A DNA stretch of 64,000 bases from Candidatus Bathyarchaeota archaeon (GCA_963775685.1 CAVZJV010000014.1:128001-192000); one strand, 5' to 3'; counted from the stretch's first letter, positions 29,537-40,506 are shown. Notes: a model not told the origin generated them from the letters alone. Made by a program: numbers and translations.

Positions 29537-30350
29537 GCGCGGTTGAATAGAAAAAGGGAATTGAATCGCTAATTAATTTTGTTAAAGGTAATGAGAATTT
29601 TTGATCCTGGGCATCTACTCAGTTGCAATTTGTCGAGCCAAAGACGTTCGGGAAGGATGCAGATTTATCTCTTCTGCTGAGCAGTTTTCTAAGACTTTAC
29701 AGCCTTAGGTTACAATTCTAAAGAAAGAAAATTGCTTGGACTTGAACATGTTCAGGTATGCAACGTGGTGGGCCTATCAAAGTCATAGGAATTAGGAAAC
29801 ACACTAGACTTTCAAGCTTTAGTTAGGGACACAGCTCTTTTGGAGTAAGCCTTGTCCTCTCAATCTTGGAGTCTTTTTTTAGTAAATTTGGGTTAAATAC
29901 CTATTAACTCAAGAAAAGCCACACAACCAATAACCAACGGGTTTGTCACATAGCCGCAGTGCTGGGCGTGGTCAAACAAGACAAAGACCTCGTAGTCTTG
30001 CTAAGACCTAATGAAAATCGTTTCAAAAGACATCTTGGAAACATGAAAGAAAAATGCAAGTGGCTTCCAAGTCCAGACTCAAACTGTCTCCAAAAAGAAT
30101 AGTCGGCTTAATTCCGAACTAAGCGTTGACCGTTCATTTCTCTTTTGTAAATAGCTACTTCTTAAACTATCGGTGCCCTGAATCTTTGAGGAAAACGGAC
30201 GAGTAATACTTAGTTCTCTTCAGTTTCTTATGAGCTCTCCTTGAACATGTATTAAAAATCAATAGATTTACTTCATATGACTAATCCTGAGTATATTTAA
30301 ACGATAAAACTGAAAAAATGTTAACAAATTAAAAAGGCGAAAAGACTAAG

Positions 30351-31976
30351 ATGACTGACAAATCTCATGACGAAAACAATTCAGGGCTCGAAAAACAAAT
30401 AGAACAGATGCAGAAAGAAAAAGAGCTGCTCAAAACAGAGAATAACAGAATGGCCAACAAATGAAGTACCTCAATGGCATCCCCTCTCCAGTCATGGCTA
30501 TTGACGAAAGCTTTTGCGTCACTTACATGAACGAAGCCGGAGCAAAACTTCTTGGGGAAACAACCGAATCAGTTGTCGGAAAGAAATGCTATAGCTTAGT
30601 CAAGACTTCCGACTGTCGAACCGAAAAATGCGCTTGCGATGCAGCAATGAAAACCAAAAGAGCAGAGACCTCTACGACAGTTGCCCATCCTGGAGATTGG
30701 GAAATACCTATCCGATACGTAGGTCGACCACTTTTTGACGATAACAGCAAAGTAATTGGTGCACTCGAAATTGTAACCGACATAACCCAGATAAAAGACA
30801 TCATAGCCAAAGCTACCGCAACCTCCAAAAAGTCATGACACAATCGCAGATGAAGTTCGAAGCAAATGTCTCAAAGTGGAAGAAATGGGCAAACAGCAGC
30901 AGAAGTCGCCGTTCAAATGTCAACTGGGCATGAATCAAGTCAGCGCCACTTCTCAGCAAGTGTCAACTGGATCTCAAAAACTCGCAGAACTAGCGCAAAC
31001 TACTGCCAGACAAGCAGAAACTTTAAAGAAAATCATGGATGAAGCAGGAACTATTGCCAAAGAAACTTCAGCAACGGCTGACGAAGCGTCACAAAGAGCT
31101 ATGGATGCCAACGTAAAGGGTCAAAAAGGAATTGCTGCCATAAACAGCATTAAGAACGATGTAACTAAGGTCGCTGAAGCAGTAAGCAGCATGGTTGGCG
31201 CAATCGACAAAGGTTGGAGAACTCGCTACTTCCGTTAAACTGATATTGCTAGTCAGACAAACATGTTAGCCTTGAACGCCACTATTGAGGCAGCTAGGGC
31301 AGGCGAGGCGGGGCGAGGTTTTGCAGTAGTTGCTGATGCCGTTAAAGGTCTAGCGGGGCAGTCCAAAGAAGCAGCAGGCGGAGCAATTACTTTTGTAAAG
31401 GGGATTAAAGATTCGGGAACGGAAACCAGCAATATAACGGAGCAATCTAAGAGAGGTGCTGAAGACAGCTCAATCGTGGTTCAAGGCGCAATCCAAGAGA
31501 CAGAAGGAATATCCAAGATTATGGATAATACAACTGAAAAGGTCCGCAAACTTACAAAAAACTTTGAAGAAGGGATTCAAATGCTCGAAGTTTCAGAGGT
31601 TAAAGCAATTGAAGAAGTTTCCAGTATCGCAGAGGGCAGCTCATCAGCCTCAGAAGAAACAAGCTCAGTAATTGAAGAACAAACCGCTTCCTCACAGGCG
31701 TTGACGGAAATCGCCAAAAATGTCCAAGTTGCAGCGGCAGAAGTTGCAAAAGAAGCTGAGAAAACGAAAAAAGAAGCGGAATCGTTGATCCAACAAACTA
31801 ATAGCCAACAGCTAAAGAGTAGGAATCTGAAACATTCTTGGAAAAGACTCTCTTTTCCTTTTGGGTTTTTTTTTTACCTTATCGTTAATCCTTGGCTCAC
31901 TACAATTAATCTGGTTACTCAAAAGATGATGCGGCAAAATTTTCTTCGTAGGGTATTGATAGTTCTCATCGAATGA
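30351..31976 (+). pseudogene. Cytoplasmic PAS-domain methyl-accepting chemotaxis protein, multiply frameshifted
   Basis: PAS fragment (IPSPVMAID...YMNEAGA...VGKKC) and the MCP hairpin [28 protein letters not shown] lie in different frames; at least 4 breaks; the true 3' end is probably near 31.8 kb. Confidence 0.85.
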
Positions 31977-32235
31977 ACAAGCACCATCGGACCTGTTTTG
32001 AAAGACAATTTTCTATTAACATTTCATTTAGCAGAAATTGTCTTTCCCAACAGTCCCATTTGAGAAGAAAGAGGTTAAAGTGTTTACAGAATTATTTTGC
32101 TCTTTTCTTTGGATAACAAACTATGTAGCCCTTTAACTTTACCTGATTAAACTCTTGCGGAAGAACACAGATTCAAACACGACGGTAGAGTTCAAACGAA
32201 AGCTTTGTACTCGTTTAGTTCGTGATTTTTAAATT

Positions 32236-32553
32236 TTAGCAAAAAACGCATTCTTTAGCGCTTTTTTCTTCAAACGAAAGTTTTTTATGCGTTTTGCTTG
32301 GGTTTTTTCTTTGATTAGGGTCGAATATTGTTTGAAGTGGGTATAAATTGCTTGACGAAGAATCTTTTGATTTTTGGAATAATTTTGTCTTTTTTAACAA
32401 AGCCAATGCTTCATCGTTTGTAATTCCAAAGGGAAGAAAATCATTGTGGAAACGTTCAAAATGCAGCTGTATCGTACCTACAGCATCGTATTCGTCATTG
32501 AGAGTACCCAAATCATATCCACAAGGGCATATTACGTGAATTTTGTTTTTCAA
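32236..32553 (-). CDS. DUF1059-like small metal-binding protein
   Basis: ICPCGY...IQLHFERFH (CxC...HxxxH). Confidence 0.5.
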   Translation of the reverse strand: MKNKIHVICPCGYDLGTLNDEYDAVGTIQLHFERFHNDFLPFGITNDEALALLKKTKLFQKSKDSSSSNLYPLQTIFDPNQRKNPSKTHKKLSFEEKSAKECVFC

Positions 32554-32976
32554 ATAAGGTTCCTTCAGTTTGGTTCTTCAATCTATAAACACTAAATTAG
32601 AATATTAACTTCTGTTACTGATGTACCACAGTCACAAATTAAGTTATTACGAAGATTGAACCACTTTAGATATTGCTAAATTTTTTTTGTTCTTCTTGAA
32701 AATTACGAAAAATGGAATCGCCTGTATTATTTAGTCAAAGTAGTTTTAGCATATTTTCTCCATAAAAAAGTGTTGTAAGGACGCAACAGACATAAAGGTC
32801 GGGTGAGAATTTATTAAAATAGGCAAAGCTATTGCTTTAGAGTCTCAACAGTAACTTGCTTAATTTACCTAATTTGCTGAAACTGCACATCAGTTTGACT
32901 TGAGGGTTCTTCGTTTCTCAAGGGTGAAAACAGAATTTTAGGGTAACAAAAAAACGGAAAGATGGGTTGATTTATA

Positions 32977-34143
32977 TTGACACAAAAACTTGTGTTAGAT
33001 AGTAGCGCAAAGCGTATCGCATATTTGAGCACTTACCCTCCGAGAGAATGCGGTGTTGCAAACTTCACAAAAGATCTAATTGATGCTATATGCGAATTAG
33101 ACGGGCTTAAGCCCTCGGTAATAGCGATAAACGAAAAAAACGCGATTTATAATTATGATCGTCGAGTCAAATGGACAATTGACCGTGACAATGCCAAGGA
33201 CTATGTTAAGGCAGCCGAATACGTTAACTCATCGAGCATTCAATTGGTAGTTATTCAGCATGAATTCGGTCTCTTCGGAGGCGACTACGGTGAGTACCTT
33301 AATTTCTTTCTAGAAAATGTCAAAAAACCAGTTATCCTCACGCTTCACACCGTTCAGCCTAATTTTGACCAAAAAGCGATCGAGGTCTTAAAATGCTTAG
33401 CTAAAAGGTGTGCAACATTTGTCGTAATTGCTCACGCAGCTATTGATATGCTAAAACAACAGGGTATACCTTACACGAAATGTGTTGCTATTCCACACGG
33501 TTGCCCAAGCATAGATTGCACAGATAACAAATCAATTAAAGAATCACTCGGCCTAAAGGGGCGTCTGGTTGCTTCCACATTCGGTCTAATAAGCAGCGGC
33601 AAGGGAATAGAATATGCAATCCAAGCGCTTCCCGAGGTTGTCAAAAAAGATCCCCGAATAATTTACCTCATAATTGGAGAAACTCATCCTGAAGTCAGAA
33701 AGCATGAGGGCGAAAAATACCGAAATGAACTAATTAGGCTCGTTAGTGATCTCGGATTGGAAGAACACGTTCGATTTACAAACAGATTTCTCACCAAACG
33801 CGAATTAATAAAATATCTTCAAGCAACTGACATTTACTTAACACCTTATATATCCCCTAACCAGATTAGCAGCGGCACCCTTACATATGCTCTTGGCGCA
33901 GGAAAAGCAGTGGTGTCTACTCCATATTACCATGCTATTGAAGTGTTGGCTAACGATAGAGGGTTACTCTGTAAATTTGAGGATTCTGCCTCAATTGCTG
34001 AAGGCATCATAAAGTTATTGGATGAAAACTTCCGCGATCAGGTACAAAAAAGAGCATACAAATACAGCAGACGCTTCCTCTGGAAAAACGTGGCAAGAAA
34101 ATACGTGAACCTAATTGAAAAAGTAATTAAGGATAACGAGTGA
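32977..34143 (+). CDS. GT4 glycosyltransferase
   Basis: STYPPRECGVA, QHEFGLFGG, TFGLIS.GKGIE and QISSGTL.YALGAGK.VVSTPY motifs. Confidence 0.92.
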   Translation: MTQKLVLDSSAKRIAYLSTYPPRECGVANFTKDLIDAICELDGLKPSVIAINEKNAIYNYDRRVKWTIDRDNAKDYVKAAEYVNSSSIQLVVIQHEFGLFGGDYGEYLNFFLENVKKPVILTLHTVQPNFDQKAIEVLKCLAKRCATFVVIAHAAIDMLKQQGIPYTKCVAIPHGCPSIDCTDNKSIKESLGLKGRLVASTFGLISSGKGIEYAIQALPEVVKKDPRIIYLIIGETHPEVRKHEGEKYRNELIRLVSDLGLEEHVRFTNRFLTKRELIKYLQATDIYLTPYISPNQISSGTLTYALGAGKAVVSTPYYHAIEVLANDRGLLCKFEDSASIAEGIIKLLDENFRDQVQKRAYKYSRRFLWKNVARKYVNLIEKVIKDNE

Positions 34144-34149
34144 TTACAA

Positions 34150-35217
34150 TTGACAAGTCTTCCAATAAAAATAGATTTTATTAGAGCATTAACAGACGAT
34201 GCAGGAATGTTCCAGCACGCCAAATATGCGACACCGAACAAAAAAGAAGGATACACAACAGATGATAACGCTAGAGCTCTGATTGCATGTACAAAATACT
34301 TCATGTTGTTTAATGATAAAACTGTACAGAAACTTATCGAAACCTACCTGAGCTTATTGTTTTACATGCAGAGAACTGATGGTAAAATGCACAATTACCT
34401 TAGCTATCATCGTAAATTTTTGGATGAAGTTGGTTCAGAGGATTGCATGGGGCGAACAATATGGGCTTCCGGATACTGCTTGGACTCAAACTTACCTGAA
34501 GAAACAAGACTTCTTTCTAAGGAAATTTTTGACAAAGCTTTCAAATGGTCTTCAAGCTTCACATCGCCAAGAGCTAAGGCATTCTCGATTATGGGCTTGT
34601 TTTACTATCAGAAAGCCTATCCAGAGGACCAAAATGTAAAAGTAAACATTAGAGCACTTGCTGATCAATTGATTATATTATTTGAATTGGAATCCTCAAT
34701 GGAGTGGGACTGGTTTGAACCTTACCTAACATACTCCAATGCGCGACTGCCCCATTCACTCTTTTTGGCTTATGAAGCAACCAGAGACGATAGATACCTC
34801 CAAGTAGCATTGAAATCCATGAAATTTCTAATTAATACTCAAACAGTGGAAAACATGTTTGTTCCTGTCGGGAATCGTGGCTGGTATAAACGAGGGTCTG
34901 AAAGAGCAATCTATGACCAACAATCCATCGAAGCCTCCTGTACTACCGAGGCAGCAATTGCCGCTTTTCGAAACACAGGCGAAGCGACCTATCTTAAGGT
35001 AGCCCAGGATGCTTTTGAATGGTTCTTGGGTGGAAACCTGCAGAGGCTAATTGTTTATAACCCGGAAAACGGTAGTTGCTGCGATGGCATAACCCCCCAA
35101 GGATTAAATCTGAACAAAGGTGCCGAATCCACTGTTGCTTACTTTCAAGCTCGCCTAAGCTTGGAAGATGTCAAAGCAATATTGAAACCCACCAAGATAA
35201 TCTCCGCACCTCTTTAA
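34150..35217 (+). CDS. Six-hairpin glycosidase-like partner of GT4
   Basis: LTDDAGMFQHA...GYTTDDNARAL, WFE..LTY.NA.LP, YDQQ.IEA, C.DG...N.N.GAEST; this is the domain often fused C-terminally to this GT4 type. Confidence 0.8.
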   Translation: MTSLPIKIDFIRALTDDAGMFQHAKYATPNKKEGYTTDDNARALIACTKYFMLFNDKTVQKLIETYLSLLFYMQRTDGKMHNYLSYHRKFLDEVGSEDCMGRTIWASGYCLDSNLPEETRLLSKEIFDKAFKWSSSFTSPRAKAFSIMGLFYYQKAYPEDQNVKVNIRALADQLIILFELESSMEWDWFEPYLTYSNARLPHSLFLAYEATRDDRYLQVALKSMKFLINTQTVENMFVPVGNRGWYKRGSERAIYDQQSIEASCTTEAAIAAFRNTGEATYLKVAQDAFEWFLGGNLQRLIVYNPENGSCCDGITPQGLNLNKGAESTVAYFQARLSLEDVKAILKPTKIISAPL

Positions 35218-35306
35218 CATAACTGTTAGAAAATTTTTTGACGCACAAAGACATTATTCTTGTTTATTAGTATGGATAATCAAATTGAAACTGGAGATAA
35301 GCTGAT

Positions 35307-35681
35307 ATGATGACTCGCGATTTAATGTTAAAAGAGGTAGTCACAACAAACGGAAGCGCCGTCATAAAGGAGGTAATTGAACTCCTTTTCAAAAGACACA
35401 TTGGATGCATAGTTGTTGTTAACGATTCTCAACAATGCATAGGCATATTCACCGAGCGAGACGCCATAAGAATCGTGGCGCAAGATTTGCCCTTAGACTC
35501 AACAATAGAAAAAGTAATGACTAAAAACCCTTTCACTATTAACGAAGACTCAACTTTTGAAGAAGCAAAAACCATAATCAGAACCCATCAAATTCGACAT
35601 CTACCTGTGATAGACACAGATGGAAAACTAGTAGGGCTCATATCTGTTAGGCACATATTAAATGAACTATGTAGACTATAA
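35307..35681 (+). CDS. CBS-pair (Bateman) domain protein
   Basis: DLM...GIFTERD...VMT...IRHLPVID..GKLVGLIS. Confidence 0.92.
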   Translation: MMTRDLMLKEVVTTNGSAVIKEVIELLFKRHIGCIVVVNDSQQCIGIFTERDAIRIVAQDLPLDSTIEKVMTKNPFTINEDSTFEEAKTIIRTHQIRHLPVIDTDGKLVGLISVRHILNELCRL

Positions 35682-35712
35682 CTAAAAACACGCTACACCG
35701 AGGAAAAAACAA

Positions 35713-36606
35713 GTGAAACGGTATCCCCACAATCCTATACTTGAGCCGATAGGCACTCATGCTTGGGAATCCAGTTTAGTTTTCAACGCAGCAGCCTTTG
35801 CTGCTAACAATCGCGTCCACATTCTCTATCGAGCAATGGGCACGGATAATGTTTCACGCATAGGGTTGGCATCCTCTTCAGACGGCTACAACATTGATGA
35901 GCGTTTGCCTCTCCCAGTTTTCAGCCCATCAAGCGATATGGAAAGTCAAGGCTGCGAGGATCCCAGAGTCACCCAATTTGGTGATTCACTTATCATGGCT
36001 TATACAGCATACGGAAACCATTTTCAACATCAAGTCTACCAAATTGGAATAACATCCATAAACACAAACGATTTTCTTGCCCGAAGATGGAGGTGGGGCG
36101 AAAGGATTCTGGCTTTTCCTGGAATTCACAACAAAGACGCGGTTCTCTTCCCCGAGAAGTTTAACGGTGACTATGTTATGTTTCATAGGTTAGAACCTGA
36201 CCTCTGCATCGCCCGCTCTACTGACCTACGTCGCTGGTACGGCTTAAAGTACATTCTGGGACCGCGGGAAAAAGGCTGGGATTCCTGGAAAGTAGGCGCC
36301 GCTGGACCACCAATTTTAATAAATGAAGGGTGGCTTCTAATCTATCATGGGGTAAGCGTTGACAAAGTTTACTCTCTTGGTGCTGCTTTATTGGCTAAGG
36401 ATAACCCTGAGCAAGTTCTTTATCGTTCGGAAGAACCTTTTCTAACGCCTACAGAAGACTATGAACGATATGGAAAAGTTCCCAATGTAGTTTTCAGCTG
36501 CGGGCAAGTAATGATGGACGGTCAACTCTTAATCTACTACGGTGGCGCAGATAGTGCATTATGTGTTGCAAACGTTGAGCTTGCGGAACTTTTGCCAAAA
36601 AAATAG
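35713..36606 (+). CDS. GH130 family glycosidase/mannoside phosphorylase
   Basis: VFNAA, LYRA, GCEDPR, NKDAVLFP, HR, GWLLIYHG, GKVPNVVF.CG and YYGGAD motifs. Confidence 0.92.
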   Translation: MKRYPHNPILEPIGTHAWESSLVFNAAAFAANNRVHILYRAMGTDNVSRIGLASSSDGYNIDERLPLPVFSPSSDMESQGCEDPRVTQFGDSLIMAYTAYGNHFQHQVYQIGITSINTNDFLARRWRWGERILAFPGIHNKDAVLFPEKFNGDYVMFHRLEPDLCIARSTDLRRWYGLKYILGPREKGWDSWKVGAAGPPILINEGWLLIYHGVSVDKVYSLGAALLAKDNPEQVLYRSEEPFLTPTEDYERYGKVPNVVFSCGQVMMDGQLLIYYGGADSALCVANVELAELLPKK

Positions 36607-36926
36607 TATATGGCAACTATGATTATCCATGGAACCTGAAATCGTACCTCTTAGTTTATTGGGTCACAAGTTCTGCTATTATAATAGAATACAAAAATTT
36701 GTTAGCCTGTTTCTTTGTATTTTAGTCGAAGTTCATCCATAACATTTACTCTGAAATTTTTTCAGACAAAAAGTTAAATGACTTTTATCATAATCAATTT
36801 AATTTTAACAACTCTAATTCAATCTAAATCGTTTTTTAAATAAACAGAAAAAAAGAAAAAGCGAAGGTTCTAGTTACAGCATGCATGTTTATGGTTCCTG
36901 TTAAATGATGTTTTGCCGCAACGAGT

Positions 36927-37352
36927 TTATGTGTTGTCTTCGGCTTTTATTTCTGTTTCAACTTTGACAGGTACTTGTTCCTTGTAGACAAACAGCACTG
37001 GGCAGCCTGCTTCAGTGCGGCGCCAAGCCGCTTCCACTAAGCCTTTGCGTGCATTCGACGTAATGTTGACTTTCATGGTGACTCCGCTTAACGTGGGTGA
37101 ATTAGGTGTTTTTTCCGCTTCAACCGCAATGTTGATGTTTCCGGGATCGATCTTGCTGTTTTTGCACACGTCCGCGTAGATAATAACGCCGCACCCGGCC
37201 AGAGCCATCAAAGCAAGCTCAAGAGGCGTGGGTCCAGCGTTTGTTCCTCCTGAAGCCTCAGATAAATCGCAGACAACACTGTGCCCTCTGCCGTTATCGG
37301 TTACTAAACGGACATTTTCAAGAAGTTTCGCATTTGCCTTTAGTTTTGCCAT
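36927..37352 (-). CDS. OsmC/Ohr family protein
   Basis: GG...GPTPLEL..ALAGC and CPV cysteine pair. Confidence 0.88.
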   Translation of the reverse strand: MAKLKANAKLLENVRLVTDNGRGHSVVCDLSEASGGTNAGPTPLELALMALAGCGVIIYADVCKNSKIDPGNINIAVEAEKTPNSPTLSGVTMKVNITSNARKGLVEAAWRRTEAGCPVLFVYKEQVPVKVETEIKAEDNT

Positions 37353-37489
37353 AAAATCACTAATTAAGAATTATGCCACTGTCAATTTAAGAATTCTGTT
37401 CCCAAAACTGACCAATGGAATCTACATAAATAATGTGAAGTGTTAAATAGCAAAAAAACCGTTTCAAAATAGCAAAGAGGCATCAATCT

Positions 37490-38554
37490 TTGAAAAACAA
37501 AGGTCCACTATTCATCATTCCTTGGCGATGCACATTTACCTGTAATAACGCCTGCGTCCACTGCACCTCAGCAGGAAAGCCAACAGCGCCAGACGAAGTT
37601 GGAACGAAAGACGCTAAGAAAATCGTTGACCAAGTGGCAGATTTTGGCGCAAGCTTCTTCGGAATCACAGGTGGACAACCGTTTCTACGTAAAGACCTCT
37701 TTGAAGTGCTCGATTACGCCACAGAAAAAGGCTTGTGTACCAGCATAATAACTGATGGGCGGCTTCTCGATGAGGAAGCGTTCAAAAAAATTGTAAAAAA
37801 TCAAACAAAAATTTCTGTGAGCATCGATGGCGCCGAGAAAACCAATGATGCCATACGGGGCAAAGGTGCATACAGAGCAGCCATTTCAGCCATTGAACGG
37901 TTTGCGAGAAAAAAATTACTGAACGTTCTGGTTTACACTTTTGCTAATGCCGGCAAAGTTACAAACGCCAACGAAGAAGACATTCGGCATGTTCTGGATT
38001 TAGCTAAGAAGTATGATGCCCGTTGGGTGGTTTTCCATGGCATGATTCCTTACAATAGCGACCCAGCTTGCCTTAAAGCCGACCTCACCCCCGCTCAGTA
38101 TGAGTGGGCATGCAACAAACTCTACGACCTATCCATAGAGTACAACGGCAAACCCGCCATCAACGTTTACATTCCTTTCTACTCAAGGGTAGCCAAACAA
38201 CGCGGAATGCCTGACTTTGACAACTGGTATACCAACTTCTTTTTGGGCAGATGCTTTTTTGGCAAATTCATGAGTGTGGCAGAGAACGGCGAGGTTATTC
38301 CCTGCAGCTACAATGACGCTTACCGCGTAGGGAACGTCAAAGACAAATCACTTGGAGAAATTTGGGCTGGAATGCAGAACAGCGATTTCTTCAACAACGT
38401 AAAAGACAAAAAAAACATCAAGGGCAAATGCGGTGTATGCGAATACAAAGAGATCTGCGGCGGCTGTCGGTCAGCCGCGTTTTTTTATACGAGTGACATC
38501 TTAAGTTCAGACCCAAGATGCGGGTACATCCCAAAAGTTTTAAGGGAAAAATAG
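37490..38554 (+). CDS. Radical SAM/SPASM protein (NirJ/AhbD/PqqE-like)
   Basis: CNNACVHC; GGQP; SPASM motif CFFG...PC...GKCGVCEY..ICGGCR...DPRC. Confidence 0.9.
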   Translation: MKNKGPLFIIPWRCTFTCNNACVHCTSAGKPTAPDEVGTKDAKKIVDQVADFGASFFGITGGQPFLRKDLFEVLDYATEKGLCTSIITDGRLLDEEAFKKIVKNQTKISVSIDGAEKTNDAIRGKGAYRAAISAIERFARKKLLNVLVYTFANAGKVTNANEEDIRHVLDLAKKYDARWVVFHGMIPYNSDPACLKADLTPAQYEWACNKLYDLSIEYNGKPAINVYIPFYSRVAKQRGMPDFDNWYTNFFLGRCFFGKFMSVAENGEVIPCSYNDAYRVGNVKDKSLGEIWAGMQNSDFFNNVKDKKNIKGKCGVCEYKEICGGCRSAAFFYTSDILSSDPRCGYIPKVLREK

Positions 38555-38656
38555 GCAATTTCAACTGTTTAAATCAAAATTTTGTGAACGAGAGCTGCGT
38601 GCACCAAAGTTGGGGAGATAGGGGTGAAGGGAATCGCTTGGGTGCACGTCACACAA

Positions 38657-38926
38657 CTATGGGCTTCTCAAATGTTGCCGAAAGAGGAAACCACAGGTTC
38701 GTCTGGATCTCTGGTAGTTCAACTGTGCTTTGGCTTTTGGGTATGGTAGCTTCTGCGAGCCTTTGCTTGTTATGAAGACCGAACCGCCGTTTTTGAGGTG
38801 CTCTTTAACTTGGCAGAAATCGACTTGTTTTGATTCTTGGACTTCAACGTCCTCGTTGGCGTCATTGTCAAGTAGCAAAACTTGAAAAACAGATGGCTTA
38901 ATTCTTTTCTTTAGTATAGCCGTCAT
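38657..38926 (-). CDS. Hypothetical protein
   Basis: 89 aa; SD-like AAGGAAG; last gene of the trm1-proC-HAD run. Confidence 0.55.
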   Translation of the reverse strand: MTAILKKRIKPSVFQVLLLDNDANEDVEVQESKQVDFCQVKEHLKNGGSVFITSKGSQKLPYPKAKAQLNYQRSRRTCGFLFRQHLRSP

Positions 38927-39020
38927 GACTAAATCTTCCTTTTTATTTGAGATTAAACCTATATTCCTTCAAAAAATGTTTAAAGCTATGTTGTTGCTAT
39001 GGCGCTACCACAAAGTACAT

Positions 39021-39677
39021 TTATTTCAATATAAAATTGAGAATTTGAGGGTCTTTTAGGTTTTCAACGATTAAATCTGGCTTAAGAACTGCAAGCTCTT
39101 GAGAAGAGTAAACGCCTGTTGTGACAGATATGCAACTCATGTTTGCGGCTTTGGCGGCTTTGACGCCGAAAATGGAATCCTCAAAAACCACGCAGTCCTG
39201 CGGCTTAGTGTTTAGTTTCTCGGCAGTTTTCAGAAAAATTTCTGGGTTAGGCTTAGAATGGGAAACTGCCTCTACTGTTAAAACTATATCAAAACAGTTC
39301 GCTAAATCGTTAATCTCAAGTAAATGCATAATGACCGCGCGATTATTCATCGATGCCAGACCAACCTTTACCTTGCCTTGTAGCGCCGTTAAAAGATCCT
39401 GGGTTCCCTCAAACAACTTTACCTCACTGGCTAATTGGATTTGCACTTTACTCTTCTGCTCAACAAGCTGTTTGACTACTTTTTCGTCAACACGTATATT
39501 TTCTTGGCGGAGAATTTCGCGGAAAGTCTCGGACGCGCCGATTCCGATTCTGCGTTCAATGTATTCAGTAGGGACTTCAAGGTGGATTTCTTTGAGTGCT
39601 TTTTGAAATGAAACCACAATTGCTTTTTTGGTGTCAGCAAGCGTGCCATCCCAATCGAAGATTGCTGCTTTAAACAT
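39021..39677 (-). CDS. HAD-superfamily phosphatase (beta-PGM/CbbY-like)
   Basis: FDWDGTL, KPNPEIF and VFEDS..G..AA motifs. Confidence 0.92.
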   Translation of the reverse strand: MFKAAIFDWDGTLADTKKAIVVSFQKALKEIHLEVPTEYIERRIGIGASETFREILRQENIRVDEKVVKQLVEQKSKVQIQLASEVKLFEGTQDLLTALQGKVKVGLASMNNRAVIMHLLEINDLANCFDIVLTVEAVSHSKPNPEIFLKTAEKLNTKPQDCVVFEDSIFGVKAAKAANMSCISVTTGVYSSQELAVLKPDLIVENLKDPQILNFILK

Positions 39678-39696
39678 GACGTTGCCTATTGTCAGG

Positions 39697-40506
39697 TTAA
39701 GCTAAGTTAAGTTTTTCTCGGATGGCTTGGCTTTTTTTGGTGGCTTCTTCGATAGCGAGTATCATGGCTGGGCGGATTTGAGATTTTTCAATTTGGTAGA
39801 TGGCTTCTATGGTGGTTCCTCCGGGCGTGGTGGTCATGTCTTTGATTTTTGCCGGCTCCTCGTTCAAGTCTATAACGAGTTTGCCTGTTCCCATCACGGT
39901 TTGGGCAGCGCATTTTAAAGCAATGTTTCTTGGTAACCCAACCTTGAGCCCTGCGTAGGTCAATGCTTCGATGATTATTGACATGTAACCTGGTCCACTG
40001 CCGCTAACCGCCGTGATTGCATCCATGTATTTTTCGTCCATTTCATCGCAGACACCCATCATGTTCAACAGCGTTTTGACTTTCTCTTTTTCTTCTGCTG
40101 TAACGTTTTCTCCGCAGCAATACGCTGTGTAAGCAGCCTGCACCATCGCTCCAAGATTGGGCATTATCCTAACAATCTTACATTCAACTGGGGCATTCTT
40201 CCTTAGAAAACTTAAAGGTACCGTTGCGGCAACGGAAATTAGGAGTTTGCCCTTGATTTCTTTGTTGATTTCCTTTAGAACCTTCTCGACATCACCAGGT
40301 TTCACGATAATGAAGACAATGTCGGCGTCTGCGGCGGATTTGCGGTTGTCTGAGGAAACTTTTACGCCCATCTTTTCTAAGTCGCTGAGTTTTTCTGGGG
40401 CAATGTCTACAGCTGTAATTTTGCCAGTGTATTTTCCTTTGAGTAGGCTTTTGATTATGGCGCTTCCCATCATGCCAGCGCCGATTACGGTGATTTTATC
40501 GTTCAT
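39697..40506 (-). CDS. proC: Pyrroline-5-carboxylate reductase
   Basis: IGAGMMG, VKP, RIMPN, TAVSGSGP and TTPGGTT motifs. Confidence 0.95.
   Translation of the reverse strand: MNDKITVIGAGMMGSAIIKSLLKGKYTGKITAVDIAPEKLSDLEKMGVKVSSDNRKSAADADIVFIIVKPGDVEKVLKEINKEIKGKLLISVAATVPLSFLRKNAPVECKIVRIMPNLGAMVQAAYTAYCCGENVTAEEKEKVKTLLNMMGVCDEMDEKYMDAITAVSGSGPGYMSIIIEALTYAGLKVGLPRNIALKCAAQTVMGTGKLVIDLNEEPAKIKDMTTTPGGTTIEAIYQIEKSQIRPAMILAIEEATKKSQAIREKLNLA

Noticed and set aside
29560-30340. Possible ncRNA or IS remnant between the radical SAM and MCP genes
   Set aside because: No terminal inverted repeats, transposase motifs or stable long stems evident.
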